Assembly (NCBI RefSeq): GCF_018350175.1
Contig: NC_058368.1
Location: 140,246,001-140,310,000, forward strand
DNA: 64,000 nt
Reading direction: 5' to 3'
Source of the DNA: Felis catus
Taxonomy: Eukaryota
The translations under genes were made by a program, and so were the position numbers. Each line of letters starts with the position of its first letter. The stretch's first letter is position 1. Under the pieces are notes generated by a model that had not been told where the DNA came from, ran no database searches, and saw nothing but the letters and a program-made list of their open reading frames with translations. Shown here piece after piece: positions 1 to 13,868 of this stretch.

Positions 1-9
1 TCCTGTCCT

Positions 10-178
10 AAGTGAGCAAGGTAGGAGCTACATGGCCTTTTATGACCCAGGCTTGGAAATGAAATAGCATCACTTCTGTCATATTCTGTTGGTCAAGTAG
101 TGGCCCAGAATCAAGGAAAGTCAACATAGACTTCAGCTTCTTGTGGGAAGAGTGCTGAGGAATTTGAAGCCACATTGC
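10..178 (-). mobile_element. MaLR LTR fragment (MLT1K/J-like)
   Basis: ccttttatgacccag...catcacttctgtcatattctgttggtcaa...cccagaatcaagg resembles the old MLT1 consensus. Confidence 0.55.
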
Positions 179-2700
179 ATAATCATCTTACATGCATGAA
201 GAGACATCCCTTTTGTTACATGTTAGAATTTCATTTTATGAGCCACGGTTTAGTGCATTAATTTTCCTATTAGCCTTTTTTCAGAGTGCAAGATTTCCAA
301 AACATTGTTCTGACCATTTTGAGTTTTATACTAGTGACACTTGGTTTTTTAGGATTTTAAATTCTAATTTTTTTTTAAAAAAATGAGGATTGGCCAACTT
401 TTTATTTCACTAAGGAAGTCCATTTAAAAATAATAATTGCAACAAAACACACCACTTTTGATGCAGTCATTTCACAAAAGACACATTTCCATTAAAATAA
501 TAGGAAAGACATGTCCTTAGAATAAAAGATCTTTAAGCCAAATAAATTAATCTTTACAAAATGGCATATATTATTTTTCTTGGGTTTTTTTGTTTGTTTG
601 TTTTTGCATTTCACTATTGGCTGGTAGAAACTTTTTTTTGAAGTCTGTTCTGTAGATGTGTGTATTTGGGTATCATTCTTCTAGACAAAAGGTCTCAAGT
701 AGGCTATTTATCAAAGTTACTCGGGACACTCAAGATCTTGTGGTCAGGACTTCAGATTTATATTAGTTCCTCAATTGCATAGCTGTATGTGAGTGGTACA
801 AGGGTTTGGGTTAAATCACCTATGTTAAATTCAAATTACGTTAGCTAGGTTTTCCTGATTGTTTGAAATGTGCCTAGAACAATGTGGTGTGATGGAGTTT
901 CAGAGTAAGATGTACACAATATAGTGCCTACCGGGGGTCAAATTACAACTAAGTTGTAAAGATAAGACCGATGCACATGAAATACTGACAAAGAATACAA
1001 ATCAGAATGTGGGTGAGAACATATAGAAGTTCCTCATGAAAACTAGAGTAGTCTGGGGTGTGCTCCCAAAAATTGTGGAGGTGAAATTCAAGGTACACGG
1101 TTTGGGTGAAAGGCAAGAGAAAGATGTTTCTGGTAAGGTTAACTGGATAAAGGTTCACAGAAAAGAATGACTATAATGTGTTTAAGGCACATTGAAGGAT
1201 TTAGGGATGGGTTGATTTTTAGCATAGCTGGTCTTAGGTTCTAGACCACAAAACAAAATGGATTCAACTTTCTTTTTTGTTTTGTTTTTGAGCTATAATA
1301 TAATAATTGATTAAAGTTTCTATTTTTTTGTTACTCTCAAAGCGGTCCCATCTTTTCCTTCCTAATCCAAGCAGATGGCTACCTGCTCATGCTAGACACA
1401 AATCATTTATAATCATACTAAGAATAATGAGCCGCTAAATAACAGCTTCAGTACTGTGGGTCATTACCTGCATATTTGGGTGACCTTCCCTGAAATACCT
1501 AAGTGTCCTTCTGATAGTTTGGGATTGGGAGCCCTTGCATGATGTTTCATCACTAATGACAAAATAAATCTCAAGTGTCAAGAAGGGCTGCCCTGAATTC
1601 ACCTCGGCTTCGCCAGCAGTAATGGATTAGGACCAATATCCTTTAGTGCAAGGCCGATCCTGATATTTATTCACTCAGTGCTCTGGGCTGACGGCTTAGG
1701 TAGCTGCCTATTTGGGGAAACAAAAGGTCATGTTGGAGCATCAGAAATGGATTATGGAATTCTCTCTTTAGACATTTCCTGGAATCGATTACGACCTAGT
1801 CTGGTTTTCATTATGATACCTCACACCTAAAGTTAAAAAAACAAAAAACCCCAGCAGCAAAAAGAAACTTCCGCATAATTTTCTGAAAGGGGTCATGGAG
1901 GACTTGTGTAATCATTTTGTAGTCAGTATTGATCAAGCACGGTGTGATCTTTGAGTCTATTTTCAGACCTGTTTTCCTACCACACAGTCACATCCCCAGT
2001 GTCTGGAAATGGCCTGAGTTAAGCTGCAGGAGCCCTTCCCCTTCAGGCATTTTTCAGTTGCTTAAAATATCAAAAGGTTTGATACGGACACAGCGCCAAG
2101 ATTATTTGCCCGTCTGGTCCTCTAAAGTACCCTTGCTTTTAGATTTCTGTGCTTTGTTTGTTCACTCTGCTCATATAAAAGAGGCTCCATTGGGGGAAAA
2201 AAAAATCCTTTCATTGCTGGCAGGTATACTTGAGAGTAAGGAATGTCTCTTAAGCCTGTTTCTCATGCATTTTCCGGAAATGAGACGCGTGACAGCACCG
2301 TTCTTCCAGAATAGCCCACTCTTCCAGGAGCAGAAGCCCTTTGCGGGACTCCACAGTATCCGAGGAGAAACCACCTTTCCTGTTGTCCTTTTCTTCTGAG
2401 GTGTTCTCTGCTCCATCCAGACCTTCTGCCCATTTCCTTGACCACACCTTCTTACCTCTGACTTCTTTTACTTCTCTTCCTGTGGCTGTTCCTCAGGGGG
2501 TGATCCTTGGGTCTCTGTCCTCTCTTTCCTTCATCTTTGCAGAGAAATCCCACATTTCACAAGGCTCTAAACTGCCCGCTATGCTGCCGCCACCCCAGCC
2601 TTGGTGTTAGGGTTTCTCTGGTCTCTCAGATACTTCCTCTGGCCAGCTCCGTCCTCACACACCTGCCCTCAGCCCTGCTCCAGGCAAACTTTTCCTCGAA

Positions 2701-2928
2701 GTGGGGGTTTGCAAACTACAGCCTACGGGCCAAGTCCCACTCTTTGCTTGTCTTTGTAAATAGTTTCGCTGGAACATAGCCATGCCCATTTGCTTATGTT
2801 ATTTTCTGTGGCTGCTTTCATGCTGCAACCTCACAGTTGATCAGTTGTGACAGAACGCGCAGAGGCTGCAAAGTCTAAAACATAGTCTTTGCTGTCTGGA
2901 CCTTTACAGAACAAGTTTGCCCATCCTG
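2701..2928 (+). mobile_element. MER58A hAT-Charlie MITE
   Basis: ggggtttgcaaactacagcctacgggccaag...cctttacagaacaagtttgcccatcctg follows the MER58A consensus; terminal inverted repeats present. Confidence 0.8.
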
Positions 2929-4310
2929 CTCTAAATGTCCTGATCTTTTCACATTAGGGCTTTGATTGCCTGAATTCCACATTCAGGAACCCATCAGTGG
3001 CTCCCCATTGTCTATGTAATTAAAAAAAATTTGGGGGGGCTTAATCGTACTTGTCCATACACCCAACCCAGCCACTCTCACCAGGCTGCATACCCTCGCT
3101 TACCTGTCCAGCCTTCTGCTTCTGCTCTTTCCCACTCCACACCTTCCCCCTGCTGTTGTGTATGTCTGAGGGGATGCAAAAGGCCATCCTGCCTATCTTC
3201 TTACTCACAGTCTCCTTCCTTTGGCATTCAACTCAAGCCCTGCTCCCTTCATGAAGCATTCCTGAAGATGAGCTATACTGATCATGGCCTTATTGATTCA
3301 CCTGTGTCACCTGTGCTGCTCTATTTGGCCCTGTTCTCATGCAGTGCAGTGAAGGTTCCCAATGTGGACTTCCTTCACGCTTGTTTAAGACACTGGCCTG
3401 TCAGGCCTGCTCTCCTGTTGTATTCTCTCTTTATAAATTTTGTTATGATTCTTCCCAAGCTATTCTACTCTTCCTTGTGTCGCTCTTCGGTTTACAACAA
3501 CTATGGTCTCTGACCACTAAAAATACATCCAGCCTTGTGAATCTCCTCCAAGCCCACGGCCCCTGCCTTAGGTCAGGTTGCCCCCATTCCTTCCCAGGGC
3601 ATTCCTGAAGGCAGTCTTTTTTTCCCCTGGGCAGGGCCTGGAGCACAAATTTAAGGAAGCACTTACTTTCAGGGCTTCACAAGTGCAGAGTTGACACCTG
3701 AGAGTTACTACTTCCTTATAGGTTGTGCTCCAGGCCCCTCGGGCCTCAGTTGCCTTACCCTAGATGTTCCCCTCCATCCTTCCCCACTTCCTACAGTTGA
3801 TGAATGATCTCTTCAGGCTCCAGTGATATCCAGCCTGTTTCTTAGTTTCCCAATGGATAAAGGCTATCTCCTTGGGTTGACTCTAGGCTCTCTTCCATCC
3901 CAGTCTCCTGCCACTCTTGTCCCCAAGTATGAACTCTGCACCCCATGCATCCCCAACTTTCTGGAGTTCCCTTAGTGTGCTGTGCTCTCACACACTCCCA
4001 AACCATTTAACTGAGTCCTCTTCTTTCCCTTGGAACTTCCCTGGCTAACTGGGAGCATTCTTACTCTTTGGTCTAAACTCAGCATGACCTACCATTATTC
4101 ACTGGGAAGCTTTTCAGAATTCCGCGGAACTAATTAAGTCACTCCTTCCTTTTTTTCCCCTTAAGCATAATGTACTCACCTTAATTATAGCATGTGTTTC
4201 ATTTAATGGTAATTAATTTTTTGCATGTGTTTAATCTCTTAGGAAACCAAAGGTTCAAAGCCCCAGCTTCATATTGGAATCATTTGGCAAGTTTTTAAAG
4301 TACCATTGCC

Positions 4311-4540
4311 TAAAATAATATAAAAACAGAGAGGAAGACAAATCGTAAGAGACTCTTAAATACAGAGAACAAACTGAGGGTTGCTGGCAGGGTGTAGGAT
4401 GGGGGGGATGGGTGGATGGGTGATGGTCATTAAGGAGGGCACCTACTGGGTTGAGCACTGGGGGTTATATATAAGTGATGAATCATGAAATTCTATTCCT
4501 GAAATCATTATTACACTATATGTTAACTAACTTGGATTTA
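4311..4540 (+). mobile_element. 5'-truncated carnivore L1 3' UTR
   Basis: gagactcttaaatacagagaacaaactgagggttgctgg...ctatatgttaactaacttggattta is a typical L1_Fc/L1_Carn 3' end. Confidence 0.85.
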
Positions 4541-4732
4541 GGAAGGAAGGAAGGAAGGAAGGAAGGAAGGAAGGAAGGAAGGAAGGAAGGAAGGAAAGAG
4601 AGAGAAAGAAAGGAAGGAAGGAAGGAAGGAAAGAGAGAGAAAGGAAGGAAGGAAGGAAGGAAGGAAGGAAGGAAGGAAGGAAGGAAGGAAGGGAGGGAGG
4701 GAGGGAGGGAGGGAGGGAGGGAGGGAGGAAGA
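4540..4732 (+). repeat. (GGAA)n/(GGGA)n pure-purine microsatellite
   Basis: About 190 nt with no pyrimidine, read directly. Confidence 0.97.
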
Positions 4733-6323
4733 CCTAAGCCCTATCCCAGAACCAGAATCCCTGGGTATGGCCTGGGCATCACTGTTCTTTTTCTTGAAGT
4801 TCCCCAGATGATTCTGATGTGCAGCCATTGTCTGAAACCACTGCAAAAGACTGTGAGCTGCTCAAGAGTAGGGTCCATGCCAGTTTCATTTTTGTGGACC
4901 TCTCCTCACTGTTCCTCACTCTTCTTCCCTTCCCCTATCCTCACAGCTCAAAGGATGCCTGACTTACAGCAGGAGCTCAACTAAGAGCTGTGAATTAATG
5001 ACCACCTGCTCATTGTTGACTCATTGATTGGGATTTTTGAAACAAGTGTTCAGTTACCACTTCTCTCCCCTAGCACAGGCCTGGAGTAGGGGAAGTTTGC
5101 AGAGAGAGAGGTCCTATTGGTATGGAACCAATAGGTGATCTCATGGCATACCACAAAATGACTCTCTGTAATGTTCTTCATTCCCAAGACTTGTGTCTTT
5201 AATGCTTTGAACAGCAAGGGGGCTGAAATAGCCCTTTTGGGGCCTCCAGAGCTATATATGTAAAATATATTTGAATATCTCTTCCTCTATCCAGTGGGCA
5301 TGCTAGATACTAGCCATTTGGGGAAGGGTGTTAGAGAAGTCTGGGCTTCCTCATAAGGTCTTTCCTCCTGCATTTGGTTCTCTGGATTCAGTGAGAGTGT
5401 CTTTGGGCCTTTGGAATCTGTTCAGTTCCCAGGTAGACTTAGGTAACAAGTAGTAATGTTATTTGATGCAGTGTTCCCTGCGTGTGCAAGCAGGTGGCTG
5501 CATCGGTCTCTGCCTGCACCACAGGACTTAAATGTCAGACTTCCCAAAGGTAAGTCAGAAATGTGCTGTAGACTACATCTGATATTTACAGTTCTTTCCA
5601 GCAAAGGTGAACCGACTTTTGTTGCAAATGTTCTCCATTGCAAATTAGAAGGGTTTTTCTTTTTCATCTGTACATATGCCTTGAATATTTTCACTTTCCA
5701 TACTTGCATTTGATTTTGTGAAAGTCCACAGATGCATTCGGACACATAATGGGCCTTACCCGTGGCTACTAAAAACAGTAATTAGAGAAAGTGAGAGGTT
5801 GGTTAAGAGAAGGCTATTAATTATTTATTAATTATTTAAATTCATTGATTTAAATCTACTCAGCTTATTATTTATTTATTCAAATCGTTTCAAAATGCAA
5901 ATGAATAAATAAATACATAAAGTCTTTCAGACATAAAAATTAGATAACTCTTCCAGTACTGTTTCAGGTGGTATCTTTTCAGAACTCAAGCTAAGGGAGG
6001 CCAAAAGCTATAACTGCACTTTCTACACCATCCCCGAGCCCCCCTTTTTCCTCCTCTTGTCTCTTTTCCATAACCATTCCCTTCTCTTCTGTTCTCTCTT
6101 TACTTCACACCAATAGTACTATTAGCATTTCAGGACCTTACACAAAAAGGAATCATGCTCAAAGTCCCAAAGGATTGTTCACCTTGCCAGAACAGAGAAG
6201 GTTCGTATGTCTCCTCATCTTGAGTACACCTTTCAGTTGTACAGGCCGCAGACCCTTCCCCTTAACTTCCCCTAGCCAGACAGGATGTAAAGATTTCTCA
6301 GTGTAAGAAATATATTAGACCAA

Positions 6324-6540
6324 GGGGTGCCTGGGTGGCTCAGTCGGTTGAGTGTCCGACTTCGGCCCAGGTCATGATCCTGTGCTTCGTGGGTTCAAGT
6401 CCCACATCGGGCTCTGTGCTGACCGGCTCAGAACCTGGAGGCTGCTTCAGATTCTGTGTCTCCAGCTCTCTGCCCCTCCCCCACTCTGTTCTGTCTCCCC
6501 CAAATAAATAAACATTAAACAAAAATTTTAATAAGAAAAA
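6324..6540 (+). mobile_element. Can-SINE
   Basis: ggggtgcctgggtggctcagtcgg head, CT-rich region and A tail; TSD aagaaatatattagaccaa / aagaaatattaggccaa. Confidence 0.92.
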
Positions 6541-6861
6541 AGAAATATTAGGCCAAATACTGCTGTATGAACAAGGTCCTCTGATAAGTGATACCTTGTG
6601 GAGATAGACTCCTGCATGAAAATGTTAGTGTATCTGCCAAAGGCTAAGTTTATGTCCAGTACTATATCCAATCCAAGTGTGGCAGGCAAAAAAAACACAA
6701 CGATTCTAAAATTTGATCATAGCCTTTAGAAAAAGCAGCACTTATCTGCATGTGTATTCAAATAACAACAGTCTGAAATCTGGCTTTTTCACATGTATCA
6801 CTATAGATCCTATCACAGGGGTGTGGCTATGGCCCAAGTCCGACTTGCAGCATAGCCGTCT

Positions 6862-7490
6862 TTGTTTTTAGTTGAAGTGTAGTTGACTTACGATGTTACA
6901 TTTGTTTCAGGTGCACGACTTGGCGATCTGACGGTTCTTTATATTGTGCTATGTTCACCACAGGTTTAGCTACCATACATCACTATACAACACTAATACA
7001 ATACCCTGACTATACTTCCTCTGCTGTACCTTTCGTCCCCAGGATTTATTCATTCCATAACTGGAAGCCTGTATCTTTGACTTCTCTACACCCATTTTGC
7101 CTATCCAGTCACCTCCCTGTCCTCTGGCGATCACCACTTTGTTCTCTGTATTTATGGATCTGTTTCTGTTTTCTTTTTGTTTTGTTTTGTTTTGTTTTGT
7201 ATTCCACATATGAGTGAAATCATACAGGATTTGTCTTTCTCTGTCTGATTTATTTCACTTAGAATTATACCTTCTAGTTCCATCCACGTTGTCACAAATG
7301 GCACAATCTTATCCTTCTATGGCTGCATAATATTCCTGTGTGTGTGTGTGTGTGTGTGACATCTTCCTTATCTATTCATATATCAACAGACACCTCCGTG
7401 GCTTCCGTATCTTGGTTATTGTAAATAGTGCTGCAGTAAACATAAGGGGTCTGTATATCTTTTCAAATTAGGCTTATTTTTATTTTTCTT
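6862..7490 (-). mobile_element. L1 3' end (L1MA9/L1_Carn-like)
   Basis: Antisense ORF2 end and 3' UTR (ttccacatatgagtgaaatcatac...ttccatccacgttgtcacaaatggc). Confidence 0.8.
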
Positions 7491-8372
7491 TGACTTGAAA
7501 ATTTGTTTTAGCCTAAGAAAATTCCCTTTTAAAAGGTGAATGTGATCATTGCCTCATGGAGATTATTTATCATTGAATTCAGAATACTGCCACAGAATGA
7601 TTTTTGCAGAAATCCAATTTGTAAATAAATGCTGCAATGAATTATAGAGTAATGCATTAGCCCTGGATAACTGAAGTGCTTCAAACAACGTTTAAAAACC
7701 TGGTTAAACATTTCTATGAGAAAAACTACTATATACATTTCTTAAAATTGTTCTGCTTAGTTTAAATGTGGTTTAAAATGGTGCTGGGGGAGAAGATGTG
7801 GCCCTTAGGTATTGTCATAAAGAATCAAAAGCAGCTTATTAGAAAAGAGACAGAAATGGAAATGTGATATTCATCAGGGGAAATGAGGGTATGATTAAAT
7901 AAATGGAATCAGCCCCCATGTTAGAAAATGCTTTAGTGAGGAAGTCATGCCTGAGGCCTCTTTTGGTCTTCTGAAAGAATGAGAGGCTGGGCCGGGTGCC
8001 CTGAGCCTGAGCTGTGGTAAGAGGAGAGTGAGCCTCAGGTCAGGTTGAGCCTCCTGGAAGCCCAGCTGAATTAGAATCTTCATTCAATTCCTGAAAGGAT
8101 CTGAGAGTCACAGCCTGGCCTCTCACATGGAGTTCTGCCTCTAGCTAGTCCTGGGCAGGCAGGTCCTAGGGGAGGCACAAGGTTTCTCCTTGCCCTTGAC
8201 ACATCTGCAGCTTGTGTAGGGAGATCTTGCTTGTTCTGTGTCTTTGGAATTAAAATATGCGATAGCCCGCATCTCCTCCTGTCAAATATGTATTACACGA
8301 ATACAAACTTCAAGTAAAAAAAAAAAAAAACGTTAGAAAGGTTAAGTGTTTTAATGGAAAGCACACCAGCCT

Positions 8373-8540
8373 AAAAGTGCTTTCAGATTCTGAAGTGTGC
8401 ACAGATCTGTGGGAATCGTGTTCAGATGTAGCTTCTGACTTCTGTAGGGGTGGAGTGGAGCCTTAAGAGTCCGCATTTCTAGCATGTGCCTCCAGGGTGC
8501 CGGTGCTGTTGGTTCAGAGGTCATACTCTGAGGAGCAAGG
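8373..8540. mobile_element. MER5A-like MITE
   Basis: gcatttctagcatg...ccagggtgccggtgctgttggttcagaggtcatactctgag resembles MER5A. Confidence 0.55.
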
Positions 8541-9007
8541 ATCTAGAAGATTTGATTTCAGGTACTGGCTTCTCACGGCGTCAGTTTTCCCGTCCTTGAG
8601 ATAAGGGACCTCTGAACTCTGGCCATTAGCAGCATCATGAAGTGTGGAGAGCAGGAGGCTGGTTTGTGTCAAAAGCATATCCCTGCTCTGCGTTTTCAGA
8701 GAATCCTCATCATCATACAGGGAAGACAAAATAGAAATATGAAAACAAGCCAGGAAATACAATTTGGATTCTGACGATCCCAGAGTGTTTCCAGTTTTAT
8801 TCACTTCGTGCCCTTGCTAACATTCAAAGGTTTGGCTTATAATTAGGTCGTAAAATCTACAAATAAATCTTCTAATTGTGCTGTTTGTCTCCAGTAAGCT
8901 ACTGGAGAGGCTAAATCCTGTCCATGGCATACCAGAGGGACAGTCTAATTACCAATAATATGCAACGTATGATCAAAAGATTGTTATCTTTAGATCTGAA
9001 ACATTTT

Positions 9008-9081
9008 CTTTCTTTAATATTTTAAATGTTTATGTATTTTTGAGAGAGAGACACACACACAGTGTAAGCAGGGGAGGGGCA

Positions 9082-9126
<45 letters not shown>

Positions 9127-9253
9127 TCCCAAGTAGGTTCCAGGCTCCAAGCTGTCAGCACAGAGCCCCATGCAGGGCCCAAACTCACCAGCCGTGAGAT
9201 CATGAGCTGAGCTGAAGTTGGAACCTTAACAGACTGAGCCACCCAGGCACCCC
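9008..9253 (-). mobile_element. Can-SINE with internal (CA)n expansion
   Basis: TSD tagatctgaaacat / tagatgtgaaacat; a (CA) run of about 20 units at about 9082-9123 replaces the usual GA-rich block. Confidence 0.92.
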
Positions 9254-10249
9254 TAGATGTGAAACATATTTTTAGCCAGAATAGAAGTGAAGATACAACT
9301 TGACACTACATTTCATTTTGCTAAACCTATCAGTTGTGGAGGAATTTAATGCCATCTTGAAATCTTTCTTATCCTTCAGAATCCTCCCAAATATTCTGTT
9401 CTCAGTGAACCCTTCCCAGATGCCACAGTCAGAATTAGTAGCCACCTCTCGTCCCCCTGCCACAGTTACGCCTCCACTGGAGCACACACTTCATGGCTGG
9501 GCTCATTCTGTTATGTGCCTGATGTCTCCCTCACTGAATTAGGAGCTCCTTAAGCCATCTGGATGGAATAGAAAGAGTTCAGCGACTTGGAACCCAGGCC
9601 CCTGAGGGTGCACTTCAGCACTGTTTTGTCCTGGTCATATGTCCCCAGGAAGCCATGGAAGGTTTTGGCCTGGATGCTCCACTCATCAGTGGCCACGATC
9701 AGATGGGGTTGTTGGGAGGGTTGTGTAAAATAATGGGTGTGTAACTGTCTGCCTCTTTTCCTGGCTCCAAGTAGGCATCAGATAAATGTTTGCTAAGTTT
9801 TTCTTTTGTAAGTTCAGGGATCAGGACTTATAAATCCTTATATTTCTAGCACTTCAGGAAAAATCAGGCATAGTGGGCGCTCAATAAGTTCTTTAAAATT
9901 GAATTTAATATTCTCTCTTTTAAGGAGATTGAGGCATATTTATTTTAGGCATAGAAAAAATACAAGACAGAAAAATAACTGTTTGATTTTCCCCTAGTAG
10001 TTATAGTGAGTGCTTTTCTGAAATATATTAAATGTATCTTGAAGTATAGTTATTAAATTTCTGACAGAGATTTATTTCTGGTTTGCTAAGTTTGGAAATC
10101 CCAAACACAAGAGAAAAGATAAATATTATGCAGGAACAAAAAAATGTTCCTGAAGGCTATCCATTTTTCTATATTTATAGGTATAAACTTTCTGGAAGAA
10201 GAAAAATTGATAATAGTTACCTCTGGGAAGAAGGTCAAGAGCAGGAGAG

Positions 10250-10560
10250 AATATACAATATATAATATATTATATAAAATAATATAGAAAATATATGTAA
10301 TATAAAATAATACATTATAGTATATAAAATATATATTATATATAATATGTTATATAAAATAAAAAATATATTATATTTTATTATATAAAATATAATTTAA
10401 AATATATATTTTATTTTAAAATTGCATAAAATTATATTATATAAAATATATTTAAATTATTATATAAATATATTATTATGTAAATATATTATATAAAATA
10501 TAAATATATTTTATAATACAAAATATAAATAGTATATATATTATATATTTTTATAAATAA
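10250..10560. repeat. AT-rich low-complexity island
   Basis: About 310 nt of almost only A/T, made of degenerate TATAA/TAAAA units. Confidence 0.95.
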
Positions 10561-12392
10561 AGAAAGAGGAATTGAAGGATGGGCCATTTTTATTTTACTC
10601 TTTTATATATTAAAATCTCTAATGAGTATTATTTTGGGGTTGCTTAAGTACACAGTGCTAACGATAAATGAGGGTGTTCTGCCCCTTGTCAAATCACTGA
10701 GCTGTCTCCATTCCAGAAGTCAAGGGCAAGCCCAGCTCATGCAGCCGTTACTGTACCTGAGCTTTAAGAAGCTCCCATGGTGGGGCCGTGTTCTCATACT
10801 ACTGCCAGGTGGGAAAATCTAGCAACGAGTTATGAGTCCTTAAAGTGCTGGAATCATGACTTCATAAATCTGTGGTCTGGCTTAGTGAAGATGAGGCAAC
10901 AGGTGACTGACTTAAGAATAAGGAGCATGCTAGGATATAGAGCCCAGTCCAGCAGGAGCATCATGCCTCCTACAACCAGACAATGGAGGGAGTTGCCCTC
11001 CTCTGAAACACTGCATGTCATTTTTAGCAAGAACACTAGATTTTCATTTTTCCTTGGCACCACTGAGCTATTTTCAGCATTGACCCCCTTACCTCCCATC
11101 AATGGCTGGGGACATGCCCATTTGGAATGTCAGAGAACAAGGGGTGCACCCCTTGTCATATGCTTGGGAAGAATGAGGCAGCATTTGCCCCTTGCACCTG
11201 TCTATCATACTCTGCTACCCTGGACTTGACTCTAATTCTGTGAGTTAAGGAGAAGACACCTCAGAGACATGTGAAATAGTGCTTTCAGTTCTAGATGGTA
11301 CCCCCACAGAGGGGCCTGGACGAACTGTGATGTTTTCACAGGAGGGCAGCCAGGATTGTTAAAGGAGTCGTTAACAACATTACACAAAGAACTGCTGATG
11401 GGCTGGGACGTAGTCACCACTAACTTTTCGATGGTCAAATCATTAACTTCTCTGTGCCAGTGACTGGGTTCCGCAGTATTAACCTCAAAGGATTGTTGTG
11501 AGGAGTAAATACATTAATTCATGCACTTAGAGCTGGTAAGGGTTCAGCAATTGCTGGTGACCAGTTTTTGTCTTTGGGGCTGGGACTACAAGAAAGACTG
11601 CCACATCTTTAGGCTGCAGCAGCCATAGGCCCCTCCTGATCTATGGGAGCTCACCTTCTGATCTGTAGGCATTTTTAAAGAAACAGGTATTATGAAAAGC
11701 TTTGCTACTGATTATTCTTCTGAGAGGCATGAGTAGCCAACTTGAGCCTCTTATGCTATAAATAAGAGATTGCTTCATATGCATTTCCCTAGGTGAATCT
11801 GTCTCCTTTGGGAATTCCTTTGCCTTGTGCTGATACAATGTTTAAACTGTCTGGTGACCATGCACTGGGCTTCGTGATTTGAGTATCTTTTTTTTTTTTT
11901 TTTTTTTTTTGAGAAGGATGATCTCTGTATCGTTAGCCCCGTAGTAAAGGGAAAAACATGTCATTCCCACCAAGGCAGAGGATGACCACTCACCCATTTG
12001 CAGTATCCCCGTCTAAATGAAAATGGCTTTTGTTTTGTCTTCCTACACATTTGTTCCAAAATTTGCCATCTATTGTAGCTGCTCATACTCAGCTATCTGC
12101 AAAGCAGCATCCATAGGTCATTGATGTCAAGGTCATCAGCCTTTACCAGATGTTCTCCTTCTGGGTCTCATATTGATCCATTAGCTGTGTATTAAGCAAA
12201 TGAATTCAGGGTGAGTTTTTAAATAGGATATTTCCCAAACTAATCTGAAGCAATAAATTGTGTTTTTTTAACTTGTTACTTTAATGCTGCTGAGTATCTT
12301 GAATGTGCCTTTGAAAAGGAACTGTTCAAGGGGTGGTTTGGTGAAGTGGGGGAAAAGCAGAAATGGTTGTGAGATGTTGTAGCAGCTTTTTA

Positions 12393-12611
12393 TTTTTTTT
12401 TAATTTTTTTAACGTTTATTTATTTTTGAGACAGAGAGAGACAGAGCATGAACGAGGGAGGGTCAGAAAGAGGGAGACACAGAATCGGAAACAGGCTCCA
12501 GGCTCTGAGCTGTCAGCACAGAGCCCGACGCAGGGCTCGAACTCACAGTCTGTGAGATCATGACCTGAGCCAAAGTCGGCCACTTAACCGACTGAGCCAC
12601 CCAGGCGCCCC
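12393..12611 (-). mobile_element. Can-SINE
   Basis: Perfect 15-bp TSD tgtagcagcttttta (12378-12392 / 12612-12626). Confidence 0.95.
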
Positions 12612-13456
12612 TGTAGCAGCTTTTTAAATGCCACATCCAGATAGAACAGACTTTCATTTATTAACTATGTCATTTCCCCCTAGACACTGGCACACCCTTT
12701 TAGAAACTTCCCTCAAGTAACTTTTCCATACCTCATATTATTTCATCCTGAGAAAGATTCGGGACAGGACTTCTGGGGGCCTGGTTTTTTAGAAGAAGCA
12801 AGTGAATTAGAAAATTCACGTGTGTATTCACAATGACACCAAGAGGGACATCGATATAACTCTTGATTTTGCATCTGTTTCCACTATGGAAGTAAAGCCA
12901 ACCATAATAAGTTTAACAGTTCCCAAACTACAACAGTTGTTTTTCTTCTCCTTAGACTCCTTAAGCTTCTGATCCAAGAGAATACTTTCTCTTATGAGCA
13001 AAGTTTGAGACTATTTTAAGATTAATTCTTATAATCTCTAAACCTACCTTCCCCAGGAAGGGCCAGGATGTTCAGGGGAAATCAGAGAGAAAGACACATG
13101 GAATCCTCTAGAGAGTCCATAAGAGTCTGGCCTTGGTCCATTCATCTGCTAAAGGCAGAGATTTGAAGCAGGCTGAGGCACCCATTTGATCAGGGACCCC
13201 TTGACTCAGTCTCCCATCTTGACCTTGTCATGGTGCTAAGCTGGGCATTTGGACCAAAGGTGACATGCCTGAGAGTCAAACTCCAGGATTGTTCTGGGCG
13301 GAGCCTCCTTGTGCCTGTGTACTATGTACCCGTTATCACGAGGTTGGTGAGAACATTGCAGTTTTGTCTTTTGCCTTTGTCATTGATCATGACAGCTAAA
13401 GGTAGCCCACAGAGAGCTTACTTTCCAACTTGAAAGATGATTTGTGTATCCTGAAG

Positions 13457-13734
13457 TATATATATATACATATATATACATATACATATATATATATGTA
13501 TATATATATATATGTATATATATGTATATATTTATTTTGAGAGAGAGAGATAGAGAGCAAGGAGGGGAGGGGCAGAGAGAGAGAGAGAGAGAGAGAATGA
13601 GAGAGAATCCCAAGCAGGCTCTGCACTATCAGTGAGGAACCTGACACAGGGTTCAATCCCATGAACAATGAGATCATGACCTGAGCCAAAATCAGGAGTT
13701 AGGCACTTAACCGACTGACCCACCCAGGCACCCC
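13457..13734 (-). mobile_element. Can-SINE with (TA)n-converted tail
   Basis: TSD tgaagtatatat / tgaaggatatat; ends about 135 nt upstream of the exon acceptor. Confidence 0.9.
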
Positions 13735-13868
13735 TGAAGGATATATTTTTTAAAGGAAATTTTTCCCATACAAATGCTGAAATGTATTTTGTCTCTTGTT
13801 CATTTGCTCTTACATGTGTCATTTGCTCCCAATCTCTGACATGTTTCTTTGTTTTCTGTGTGTTGCAG

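Larger units (their letters stand above)
4247..4843. mobile_element. MER5B/MER5A1-like hAT MITE split by an L1 insertion
   Basis: 5' part ends ...ttaaagtaccattgcctaa (4313); it resumes at cctaagccctatcccaga...gattctgatgtgcagcc...aaaccactg (4733-4843). Confidence 0.65.

Noticed and set aside
2083..2097. REST/NRSE-like acggacacagcgcc
   Set aside because: Only an interrupted right half-site; the TCAGCACC half is missing.
1929..3608. Several 80-160 aa ORFs
   Set aside because: Mostly non-ATG starts, Leu/Ser/Pro-rich, overlapping L2/MER58 relics; no recognisable domain.
4475..4984. 169-aa ORF with RKEG repeats
   Set aside because: Translation of the L1 end, GGAA repeat and MER5.
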